The notes beneath the pieces are model-generated. The model did no database searches. It was not told the DNA's origin and saw nothing but the letters and a program-made list of their open reading frames with translations. Both the position numbers and the translations under genes were made by a program. From NCBI GenBank assembly GCA_965203355.1, contig OZ241889.1:1632001-1696000 (forward strand): a stretch of 64,000 nt of DNA, in the 5' to 3' direction. The stretch is from Candidatus Latescibacterota bacterium. GTDB lineage: Bacteria; Latescibacterota; UBA2968; UBA8231. Position 1 is the first letter of the stretch; every line of letters begins with the position of its first letter. Below are positions 49,601 through 57,024 of this stretch, piece by piece.

Positions 49601-49985
49601 TTTCACCGACTGGGGGACCAAATTGCTCTACGCCCGCGTCGGCTACGGGTTTCCGATTCTCAAGCGCATTAGCAGTCGCTTTATCAATTTCAACTTTTCC
49701 AAGCTCTACGCCGAGCTGTTTGCCGAAGCTGGCGTGGTGGGCAATTTTTCGCGCTTTGGGGACATTGACTTCTGGTCGGGTAAGCGCTGGCGATCTTGGC
49801 CCAACACCGACAAATTCCTGACCGGCGTGGGCGGTGAGTTGCGGCTACAGCTTTTTACTTTCTACCGCATCCCGATGTTTGCCTATTTTCAAGTGGCGCA
49901 TCCGCTCAATCGCGAGCGGATTTCCAGAGACGCGGACGACCCCCTAATCGACAAATGGCGCTACTACTTTGGGTTCGGGCTGTGA
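46623..49985 (+). CDS. Large secreted protein: zincin peptidase domain, TolB-like PD40 propeller(s), C-terminal beta-barrel
   Basis: Signal peptide; HELTH and WTEGIAQY; SPDG repeats; ends YYFGFGL. TTG at 46623 follows AAGGGA. Confidence 0.8.
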   Translation: MRRATFFAIAALFLAGAAQAQIKTIVTDHFRVHYTSGAEGTARRVAETCEEVFPTLAAAYDYYDDFRTIHVIVLDNSDVLGNGWANYYSNTMAIWATSLDFELRGSHDWIKNVVAHELTHIITLNKARKKWPFQFALLTVSRFDSNPDITFQFPLYHLNAPRGWTEGIAQYGAQKFGYDSWDSHRDMLLRMAVLEDDLLSWEEMGTVWDRMGKFYGEFVYNQGYAMMVYIHQQYGAEKVDELTHQIGSMSFEPAIRRVLGVSADQFYADWVAFLAENYGRLESEIRTQGFFQGESLDEVNEGVLEYHPALSPDGKKLAYLTSEKQDYALTVLKIYDFDTRKTTELKGRIDTRIGWSPDGKEIVFVRNKGGFNDLYIYNLAEDKERRISANLRAKDPSFSPDGQRIAFVHNKDGTNNLGLIDRDGTDAVYLTNNNDATQYMAPRFSPDGEWLLFSLFRGQDRDIAMIRVDSPPRPKVQKKKKSEAEEEEGEEEETIEVFPDTVAFAHPDSSGFWAVVASPADERDPHWLPDGSGFVFSSDQSGIFNIYRYRLENGEFEQLTNVVGGAFVPTVATDERVIYSGYHSNDYSLYSFEMGEFERDAHFEPVAMRDYRSIFDGPEIADQFEVATYRGRNVLTYIPILQVGPTYVGNAFGLNQVSGGLQFSTGDMFGGQGLTAWGIVGKNMRNATDLNTDVGFFYERRLRPQVGNNRTFNPSFYIAGRRREIDNLLKSNQSTVDTLEVSTVYTVPADSATSFLAIPDARRYVYTGTSREDLFKTSLGQLAVGIDVPLTRRTELNALYLWRDYAEGWTLRHARSWNRIYLEQDSVDISASLDPSLLAQDTLLVDSEDPRVYYRDLSFFRTHMLSASWRYQKINPTADRLINPSGRSMALVYRYLMPTVADSLTEQTPSDGVPRDQFVGVERRMRVNEYVATYNERIQLPFDNSLNIELLGAYKNVRLKPGFIEDGGLLEGRYYWPLRYYIGGRNFLSGYPYFTDWGTKLLYARVGYGFPILKRISSRFINFNFSKLYAELFAEAGVVGNFSRFGDIDFWSGKRWRSWPNTDKFLTGVGGELRLQLFTFYRIPMFAYFQVAHPLNRERISRDADDPLIDKWRYYFGFGL

Positions 49986-50131
49986 AACGCGCCGAGCGTC
50001 CGGTGGGCAACATCGATCTGCACAAGCGGGCCTTGCGGCTCAAGGTGATAGAAATGCTCGGCCTATACGCCCATCGCCGCCGCCTCGACGAGGCCCATGT
50101 GCGCTGGTATCGCTTGATCCAGCCCAACTGA
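49982..50131 (+). CDS. Putative 49-aa basic small protein
   Basis: GTG start overlaps the upstream TGA; fills the gap to the convergent pgsA; MKRAERPVGNIDLHKRALRLKVIEMLGLYAHRRRLDEAHVRWYRLIQPN. Confidence 0.45.
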   Translation: MKRAERPVGNIDLHKRALRLKVIEMLGLYAHRRRLDEAHVRWYRLIQPN

Positions 50132-50134
50132 TCT

Positions 50135-50656
50135 TCAAGTTCGGTCTCGTTGCAAGAGCCTGAGCGCGCGTCGGGCGTAGCTCAAGCTGGAGACGACGAC
50201 CAAGGCCGCCGCCGCTAGGCCCAACCCGGTGCGCAAACTGGCCGGGGTCTCCTCGACGACGTAGCTGAGGGCCGTAAGCGCCATGCAGACGGTTGTGTAT
50301 TTGCCCCAGCGGTTGGCGGCAATGACCAGCCCCTGTGAACGCAAGAGCAATCCCCCCACCAATACGATTGCCACATCGCGGGCAAAGAGCATCCCCAAAA
50401 GCCACAGCGGCAAATCGCGCCAGAACACGAGCCCGCCGAGCAGACAAGCGAGGAAAATTTTATCGGCCAGCGGGTCGAGTATCTGGCCGAGGCGGGAGAC
50501 TTGGTTGTAGCGCCGCGCCACCCAGCCGTCGCCGATGTCTGTGGCACCAGCGAGCAGCAGCAGCAGCACGGTTTGGAGTTGGGCCTTTTGGGCGATGAAG
50601 AAGAGCAGGAAGGGGATGAGCAGAACCCGCAGGACGCTGAGGAGATTGGCCAACAT
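50135..50656 (-). CDS. pgsA: CDP-alcohol phosphatidyltransferase (PgsA-like)
   Basis: ANLLSVLR, TDIGDGWVAR..SRLGQILDPLADK. Confidence 0.88.
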   Translation of the reverse strand: MLANLLSVLRVLLIPFLLFFIAQKAQLQTVLLLLLAGATDIGDGWVARRYNQVSRLGQILDPLADKIFLACLLGGLVFWRDLPLWLLGMLFARDVAIVLVGGLLLRSQGLVIAANRWGKYTTVCMALTALSYVVEETPASLRTGLGLAAAALVVVSSLSYARRALRLLQRDRT

Positions 50657-50663
50657 CGTCGGG

Positions 50664-52355
50664 TTATTGCAGCATTTCGCGGGCGTGTTGGCGTGCTGTG
50701 TCCGAAATGGTCTCGCCGGCCAACAGATAGGCAATTTCTTCGGCGCGAGCCGTTGCGTCGAGTAGCACGACCTCGGTGATGGTCTGCTGTTGCCCCTGCC
50801 GCTTGCGCACGGAAAAGTGCTGATCGGCGAGGCTGGCAATCTGCGGCAGATGGGTGATGACAATGGTTTGGTGCGCCGCCGCCAGGGTCTGTAGCTTGCG
50901 GCCAACGGCGGCGGCGATGCGCCCCGAGATACCAGCGTCGATTTCGTCAAACACCAAGGTCGAAACGAAGTCGCGCCCAGCGACCGCTTCCTTGAGAGCC
51001 AGCATCACGCGCGAAATTTCCCCGCCCGAAGCCATGTGTGCTAGGGGTCGCGGTGGCTGGCCGGCATTGGCGGAAATGTGGAAGGCGACGTGCTCCATGC
51101 CGTGCTCGCCTGCTGCGTAGTGCCGCCCATCGCGTTGAACTATCCCCTCCGGATCTTCGGCGGTTGTCAACTCGATGTAAAACTGGGCCTTGGCTATGCC
51201 CAACTGTCCGAGGGCGGCGACTAGCACCCGCGACAAGGTGGCGCTCGCCTGCTGGCGCGCCGCAGAAAGGGAGAGGCAACAGGCGGCAAACTCGGAGCGT
51301 GCTTGATCGCGGCGTTCAGCCGCTTGGGCCACCTCGTCGCGGAGGCGGTCAACGCGGTCTTCGCACACTGCAAGCTCGCGGGCGCGTTCTAACACGGCGT
51401 CGAGAGTGCCGCCGTATTTCTTTTTTAAGGTGCGCAGGCCATCGCGGCGGTCTCGCAGTTCGTCGGCCCGTCGCGGGCGCACCTCAATGCTGCGGGCGTA
51501 GTCGCGGAGTTGGTCGGCTAGATCTTCGACTTCGTAGATCAATTCCTCCAAGGCTGCGACTTGGGGCCCGAGTGCCGGGTCGATTTCGCAGAGTTGGCCT
51601 AGCTGACGACGCACTTGGCCGAGGGTTTCGTACACTGCGCCTTCGCGCTGATAGAGTCGGTCGTAGAGCTGAAGGCCGCCTTGGGATAAGGTCTCGGCGT
51701 TTTCGAGAACCTGCAACTCGCGCTCTAGCTCGGGTTCTTCACCCGGTCGAGGTGCGAGGAGGCGGATCTCTTCCAGTTGGAGAACGCGCCATTTGTTTTC
51801 GGCCGCGAGTGCGTCGCGCTCCGTGTGCAGTCGGTTGAGGAGGGCCGCGCTGTAGCGATAAGTGCGCCAGTGCTGCCCCACGAGGCGGCGCTGGTCATTG
51901 AGGCCGGCAAACGCGTCGAGAAAGCGGGCGTGGAGCTTGGGGTTGAGCAGCGATTGGTGTTCGTGTTGGCCGTGCAAATCGACCAAGATCGCGCCGATTT
52001 GTTTTAGCTGTTTGATTGGCCGACCCTGGCCATTGACAAAAGCGCGGGAGCGACCTTGGCCGCGAATCTCGCGGCGGAGGATGATTTGGCCGTCCTCCAA
52101 GAGAGCGCCCAAATCGGTTAGGCGTGCGACTTGACCTGGGTCGTCGAGTTCAAAAAAGCCCTCCACCGCGCACGAACTCGCTCCTTTGCGCACGAACTCG
52201 GCGTTGACGGGCCCGCCGAGGATGGAGTTGAGGGCCCCGATGAGAATGGACTTACCAGCCCCGGTCTCGCCAGTGATGACGTTGAGGCCGGGGCCGAATT
52301 CGATCACCGCTTCTTCGATAAGGGCAAAGTCCTTGATGTAGAGGCGAGTCAGCAT
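50664..52355 (-). CDS. recN: DNA repair protein RecN
   Basis: TGETGAGKS, HGQHEHQ, ASGGEISR, FDEIDAGISG, ITHLPQIA. Confidence 0.97.
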   Translation of the reverse strand: MLTRLYIKDFALIEEAVIEFGPGLNVITGETGAGKSILIGALNSILGGPVNAEFVRKGASSCAVEGFFELDDPGQVARLTDLGALLEDGQIILRREIRGQGRSRAFVNGQGRPIKQLKQIGAILVDLHGQHEHQSLLNPKLHARFLDAFAGLNDQRRLVGQHWRTYRYSAALLNRLHTERDALAAENKWRVLQLEEIRLLAPRPGEEPELERELQVLENAETLSQGGLQLYDRLYQREGAVYETLGQVRRQLGQLCEIDPALGPQVAALEELIYEVEDLADQLRDYARSIEVRPRRADELRDRRDGLRTLKKKYGGTLDAVLERARELAVCEDRVDRLRDEVAQAAERRDQARSEFAACCLSLSAARQQASATLSRVLVAALGQLGIAKAQFYIELTTAEDPEGIVQRDGRHYAAGEHGMEHVAFHISANAGQPPRPLAHMASGGEISRVMLALKEAVAGRDFVSTLVFDEIDAGISGRIAAAVGRKLQTLAAAHQTIVITHLPQIASLADQHFSVRKRQGQQQTITEVVLLDATARAEEIAYLLAGETISDTARQHAREMLQ

Positions 52356-52375
52356 CGGGCCAAGGCCGAGAAGTG

Positions 52376-52606
52376 CTATTGGTCGTCTTGGTCGTCCAGA
52401 AAGGAGAGGCGAAACTGGCCCTCGCCGTCGGCGGTGAGAACTTGGACGCGCTCGCGGGTCTGCTCGAGCCATTGGCCGCAGGTGCGCGAGGCGGCGACGC
52501 CTTTTTCAAATACTTCGAGGGCCTCTTCGAGCTTGAGGTCGCCTGCTTCGAGGCGTTGAACGCTCTCTTCGAGCACGGCTAGGGCTTCTTCAAAAGATTC
52601 AATCAT
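52376..52606 (-). CDS. xseB: Exodeoxyribonuclease VII small subunit
   Basis: SFEEAL..LE..V..LE.GDL.LEEAL..FEKG. Confidence 0.93.
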   Translation of the reverse strand: MIESFEEALAVLEESVQRLEAGDLKLEEALEVFEKGVAASRTCGQWLEQTRERVQVLTADGEGQFRLSFLDDQDDQ

Positions 52607-53843
52607 CGAGTTTATCCTCCACACGGCAGATAGCGCCGCCGCGGTGAAAGCGCAGTTGCAGTTTATCGCCTCGCTGAAGCTCGTTGCCGTCGCGGACGAG
52701 GCGTTTGCTGGCGACGCGTTCCACTAGGGCAAAACCGCGCGCTAGGCTCGTAAGCGGGCTGAGGTCGTCGAGGCGGGTGGTGGCGGTGGCTAGGGCCTCC
52801 AACTGGGTGCGCAAAAACCAATCGAAAGCGGTCGAAAGGGCTTGGCAACGCTCGTCGAGATATAGGCTTTGCTGCTGCAAGCGATCGTCGAGGCGGGCGC
52901 GCAGGCGGTCCGGGTTGCAGTGGCGCGACCGCTCCTCTAAAGAACTGAGATAGTGCTCCATTTCCGTTAGCAAGCGGCCTTGCTGCTCGGCCACGCGCTC
53001 GCGCAGGGTGCTGCGTTCGCGGGCGACCATTTCGGCCGCGGCCGAGGGAGTTGGAGCGCGACAGTCGGCCACGTAGTCGGCGATGGTGTAATCGATCTCG
53101 TGGCCGACCGCAGAGATGACGGGTTGAGGCGACTGGTAGATGGCCCAAGCGACGGATTCGTCGTTGAAAGGCCAGAGGTCCTCGGGCGCACCACCGCCGC
53201 GGCCGACGATCAATACATCGATGTCGCCTAGCTGATTCAAACTGGCGATGGCGGCGGCGATCTCAGCGGCGGCTTCCTCGCCTTGAACCCGAGCCGGGCA
53301 GAGGACGATCTCGACATCTGGTGCGCGTCGGTTGAGGATTTGGATGATGTCGTGGATGGCCGCGCCGGTCCGCGAGGTTACTACGCCGATCTTGCGGGGA
53401 TACGGGGGCAGGGGGCGCTTGCGGTCTTCGGCGAAAAGTCCTGCGGCCTCTAGGCGGTTTTTGAGCTGCTCGAAGGCGATAGCCAGCTCGCCGACGCCAG
53501 CGGGTTTGATTTGCTCAGCATAGAGTTGGTACTTTCCGGCGCGCTCGAAGACGGAGATAGATCCGTACACCTGCACCTGCATACCCTGTTGGGGGCTGAA
53601 AGAGAGCGAGCTAGCCTGCCATTTAAACATCACCGCGCTTAGCTGGCTCGCGTTGTCTTTGAGCGTGAAATAGCGGTGGCCGGAGCTGTGGTGGGTGTAC
53701 TGAGATACTTCGCCCTCGACCCAGCACTTGGGCAGGCTCTCTTCGAGCAGCCCCTTGACTTGGCTGGTGATTTCGGAGACCGAGTAAGGCCGGTGGCCGG
53801 CGTCTTCGGCATCGGTCCAGAAGAGCGGCTCTTGAAAGGACAT
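52599..53843 (-). CDS. xseA: Exodeoxyribonuclease VII large subunit
   Basis: SGHRYFTLKD, VGRGGG, SAVGHEID, APTPSAAAE. Confidence 0.96.
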   Translation of the reverse strand: MSFQEPLFWTDAEDAGHRPYSVSEITSQVKGLLEESLPKCWVEGEVSQYTHHSSGHRYFTLKDNASQLSAVMFKWQASSLSFSPQQGMQVQVYGSISVFERAGKYQLYAEQIKPAGVGELAIAFEQLKNRLEAAGLFAEDRKRPLPPYPRKIGVVTSRTGAAIHDIIQILNRRAPDVEIVLCPARVQGEEAAAEIAAAIASLNQLGDIDVLIVGRGGGAPEDLWPFNDESVAWAIYQSPQPVISAVGHEIDYTIADYVADCRAPTPSAAAEMVARERSTLRERVAEQQGRLLTEMEHYLSSLEERSRHCNPDRLRARLDDRLQQQSLYLDERCQALSTAFDWFLRTQLEALATATTRLDDLSPLTSLARGFALVERVASKRLVRDGNELQRGDKLQLRFHRGGAICRVEDKLDD

Positions 53844-53860
53844 AGGGGCTCCGGGTAATC

Positions 53861-53906
53861 AATTGAGAATTAGCGCACTCGTCGCGCCTAATTCCTAATT
53901 CCTAAT
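53861..53906. repeat. Heptamer tandem (cctaatt x3) with inverted arm
   Basis: gaattagcgc...gcgcctaattcctaattcctaat between ymdB and xseA. Confidence 0.7.
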
Positions 53907-53916
53907 GTACGCTAGG

Positions 53917-54699
53917 TCAAGGCTCGGCTAGCTGCAACCGCTCGATTCGAGTGGCCCGGCCGCTTGCCTCGTCGGCCTCGACCAGTGCGCCGCAGAGCAC
54001 GGCCTTGCCGTTGGCGGGCTTGAAACGGGTGGGTACTTGGGTGAGGAAGCGTTGGATAGCTATTTCGGGACGGACGCCAATCACGGATTCGCGGATGCCG
54101 GTCATGCCAGCGTCGGTTAAGTACGCCGTGCCTTTGGGCAAGATGCACTCGTCCGCGGTTTGCACGTGGGTGTGGGTGCCGATGACTGCGGTGGCTAAGC
54201 CGTCGAGGTGGAAGCCGAGAGCCATTTTCTCGGCCGTGGCTTCGGCGTGAAAATCTACAAAGACTAAAGGGGTCTCTGCGCGTAGGCGCTCGACCTCGGC
54301 GCGGCCCGTGCGGAAGGGGCAATCAATGGCGGGCATCCCGATGCGCCCTTGGAGGCAGAGCACGGCCACGGGGAGACCGCCGCGTGCGGCGACGATGGTC
54401 GCACCCATGCCGGGAGCGTCTTTGGGGTAGTTGAAGGGGCGCAGGATGCGGTCGGATTGGTCTAGGTACGGGATGAACTCGCGGCGGTCCCAGACGTGGT
54501 TGCCGCTGGTGATGACGTCGGTGCCATAGCTGTGCAGCTTGTGCGCGATGCGGTCGGTGAGGCCAAACCCTCCGGCGGCATTTTCGCCGTTGGCGATTAC
54601 CAGAGAGACTTCGCGCTGTTTCACTAACTCGGGAATTACGGCTGCCGCGACCCGGCGACCCGGCTGGGCAAAGATATCGGCGACGAAGAGAATGTTCAC
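53917..54699 (-). CDS. ymdB: YmdB-like metallophosphoesterase
   Basis: NGENAAGG, TSGNH, DFHAEATAEK, GTHTHV, TDAGMTG; follows rny. Confidence 0.94.
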   Translation of the reverse strand: MNILFVADIFAQPGRRVAAAVIPELVKQREVSLVIANGENAAGGFGLTDRIAHKLHSYGTDVITSGNHVWDRREFIPYLDQSDRILRPFNYPKDAPGMGATIVAARGGLPVAVLCLQGRIGMPAIDCPFRTGRAEVERLRAETPLVFVDFHAEATAEKMALGFHLDGLATAVIGTHTHVQTADECILPKGTAYLTDAGMTGIRESVIGVRPEIAIQRFLTQVPTRFKPANGKAVLCGALVEADEASGRATRIERLQLAEP

Positions 54700-56270
54700 C
54701 GCGCGTGCGACTCGGTGCGCATCTCGCGGATGATGCAGACGCGCAACTGCCCAGGGTATTCGAGTTGTCGCTCGAGCTTGGTGGTGATGTCGTCGGCGAG
54801 TTGCTCGGCGTACGTGTCGTCCACCACTTCGCTGTCGACCAAGACCCGAACCTCCTTGCCGTTTTGCAGGGCAAAAGCCTGTCTCACGCCCACATAGTCG
54901 GATGCGATTTGCTCAATATGGTGCAAGCGGCGGATGTAGTCCTCGACTTTTTCTTTGTGGGCACCCGGGCGGTGGGTGGAGATTTCGTTGGCGGCTTCGA
55001 CTAGGATGGCGATAGCTGGACGCGATGGCGTGTGCTTGCTATGGGTTTCGATAATCTGCACAACTTCAGGGCTTTCGCCGCCCTTGCGGGCCAGTACGGC
55101 ACCGCTTTGCGCTGGGTCGTTGCCCAACTCAAAGTCCTGTGCCTTGCCGATGTCGTGCAAGAGACCAGCGCGGCGCGCCAACGCTATGTCAAGGTTGAGC
55201 ATCTCGGCCATCATGCCGGCTAAAAGCCCGACTTCCTTGCTGTGGACCAACAAGTTTTGTCCGTAGCTGGTGCGGAAGCGGAGCTTGCCCAGCGTCTCTA
55301 ATAGCGACTCGGATAAATCGTGAATGCCGAGGTCAAAGGCGGCTTTGGAACCGGCCTCGCGGATCATCTCCCCGACGGTGCTGCGGGTCTTGTCATACAC
55401 TTCCTCAATGCGCCCGGGGTGGATGCGTCCGTCGCGGATGAGCGTTTCGAGCGTGCGTTTGGCCACTTCGCGGCGCAGTGGATCAAAGCCCGAGAGCATG
55501 ACCATACCCGGGGTGTCATCGACGATGATCTCGACGCCGGTGATCATTTCAAAGGAGCGGATATTGCGCCCGTCGCGGCCGATGATGCGCCCCTTCATGT
55601 CGTCAAAGGGGATGGGCACGGCCGAAAGCGTACTCTCGACGGTCAGTTCTCCGGCGAAGCGCTGGATGGAGCGGGTGATGATTTCTTTGGCCTCTAGGTT
55701 AGCCGTGGCAACGGCGGTGTCTTTGATCTCGCGGACCTTGCGGGCGGCAACTCGGCGTGCGCCTCCCTCTAGCTGATCAAAGAGTATGCGCCGGGCTTCT
55801 TGCTGGCTGATGCCAGCCAACTCTTCCAGCCGCCGACTCTGCTCGCGGTTGAGGTCTTGGGCTTGGACCTCGGCCGCAACTATGGCCGCCTCTCGGCGAT
55901 TGAGGTCTTCTTCGTTTTTGACCTGTTCGCGCTCCTTGCTCGTGAGCAGGTCTATTTTGCGCTCTAGTTGCTGTTCGTGCTCTAGCAGCTTGGCTGCCTG
56001 TGCGCGCAACGAGTGCCTCTGTGTCTCTTGCTCCTTTTCCAGCGGAGCCCGCTCGCGGTGCCATTCGTCCCTTGCTTCGATCAAGGCATTTTTTTTTAAG
56101 ACCTCGGCTTCTTGGTGGGCGCGGGCGACGATCTGATCGGCGGTGGCTTGGGTGCTGTGTAGTTTGCTGTTGCGCAGCCGCTCACTCCCTAGCCAGCCGA
56201 GGAGACAGCCGCCGGCGAAAAAGGCGATGGCAAAGCAGATTAAGACTATGTAGTCAAACCCATTAAACAA
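54696..56270 (-). CDS. rny: Ribonuclease Y (TM, coiled coil, KH, HD) with divergent HD site
   Basis: KGRIIGRDGRNIR, FRTSYGQN, LLHDIGK, RPGA, YPGQ. Start TTG 56270 or ATG 56315. Confidence 0.92.
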   Translation of the reverse strand: MFNGFDYIVLICFAIAFFAGGCLLGWLGSERLRNSKLHSTQATADQIVARAHQEAEVLKKNALIEARDEWHRERAPLEKEQETQRHSLRAQAAKLLEHEQQLERKIDLLTSKEREQVKNEEDLNRREAAIVAAEVQAQDLNREQSRRLEELAGISQQEARRILFDQLEGGARRVAARKVREIKDTAVATANLEAKEIITRSIQRFAGELTVESTLSAVPIPFDDMKGRIIGRDGRNIRSFEMITGVEIIVDDTPGMVMLSGFDPLRREVAKRTLETLIRDGRIHPGRIEEVYDKTRSTVGEMIREAGSKAAFDLGIHDLSESLLETLGKLRFRTSYGQNLLVHSKEVGLLAGMMAEMLNLDIALARRAGLLHDIGKAQDFELGNDPAQSGAVLARKGGESPEVVQIIETHSKHTPSRPAIAILVEAANEISTHRPGAHKEKVEDYIRRLHHIEQIASDYVGVRQAFALQNGKEVRVLVDSEVVDDTYAEQLADDITTKLERQLEYPGQLRVCIIREMRTESHAR

Positions 56271-56336
56271 GGGTATCTCTTTCTTATCCTTATCGGTCTC
56301 GACGCCTGCGGGCATCGGGCCAGAGCACGGGATACT

Positions 56337-56660
56337 TCAGCTATCGGAACGGGGAGCTTCTACTTCGGCGAAAAGGCGCCCAAGCGAGGTAGCGAGTTGA
56401 GAAGTCCGCTGGGCTATGTCGGCTTCAGCGGAAGCGTAGTCCTCCCGCAGAGACAGGAGTTCCTCGACTAAGCTCAGACTGGCCAAGATGGCCACTTGGA
56501 GTGGGGAGCCGGGGGAGCCGCCTTTGATCTCGCGTTTGACTTCGTGCATGCGCTCGTCCACCATATCGGCGAGCCTTTGCACATGTTCGGCAGAGTGCTC
56601 TTCATCGACTCCTAGGGTATAGTGCTTGTCGAATATTTTGACCACGACTTGGGACGACAT
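56337..56660 (-). CDS. zapA: Cell division protein ZapA
   Basis: VKIFDKHY, LADMVDERM, VAILASL; synteny with pheT and rny. Confidence 0.88.
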   Translation of the reverse strand: MSSQVVVKIFDKHYTLGVDEEHSAEHVQRLADMVDERMHEVKREIKGGSPGSPLQVAILASLSLVEELLSLREDYASAEADIAQRTSQLATSLGRLFAEVEAPRSDS

Positions 56661-56689
56661 ATTAGGCCCCTTTCTCAGGTATTTTTGTT

Positions 56690-56992
56690 TTATTCGGCCT
56701 CTGTGTGGGCTGCTTCGACCTTGCTGCTGAAGGCAGCATCCAAACGGCTGAGGAGCTGTTCGATGCGTTCCCTTACCGCTTCTTTGTCCTTTTTGATCTG
56801 TTCGTTTTCGCTGCTGACGACGCTGATTTTTGCTTCGAGGCTCTGGATGTCTGTCTGCAGGGTGTCATTTTTTTCTCTGAGGCTCTGGAGCTGCCCATTC
56901 AGTTCGTCGTTTTCCTGGCGCAGCGTTTCGAGAGTCTCGGTCAGGCGGTTGATGTAGCGCTCGAGGCGTTCAAAATTTTCGTTTACATCCAT
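56690..56992 (-). CDS. zapB: ZapB-like coiled-coil protein
   Basis: Continuous heptads, VRERIEQLLSRL; lies between pheT and zapA. Confidence 0.72.
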   Translation of the reverse strand: MDVNENFERLERYINRLTETLETLRQENDELNGQLQSLREKNDTLQTDIQSLEAKISVVSSENEQIKKDKEAVRERIEQLLSRLDAAFSSKVEAAHTEAE

Positions 56993-57024
56993 TGGGGTGA
57001 CTACACTCCTGATTGAGGTTGAGA

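Noticed and set aside
56502-56520. 9-bp duplication in zapA (GSPGSP)
   Set aside because: Small in-frame loop insertion, probably neutral
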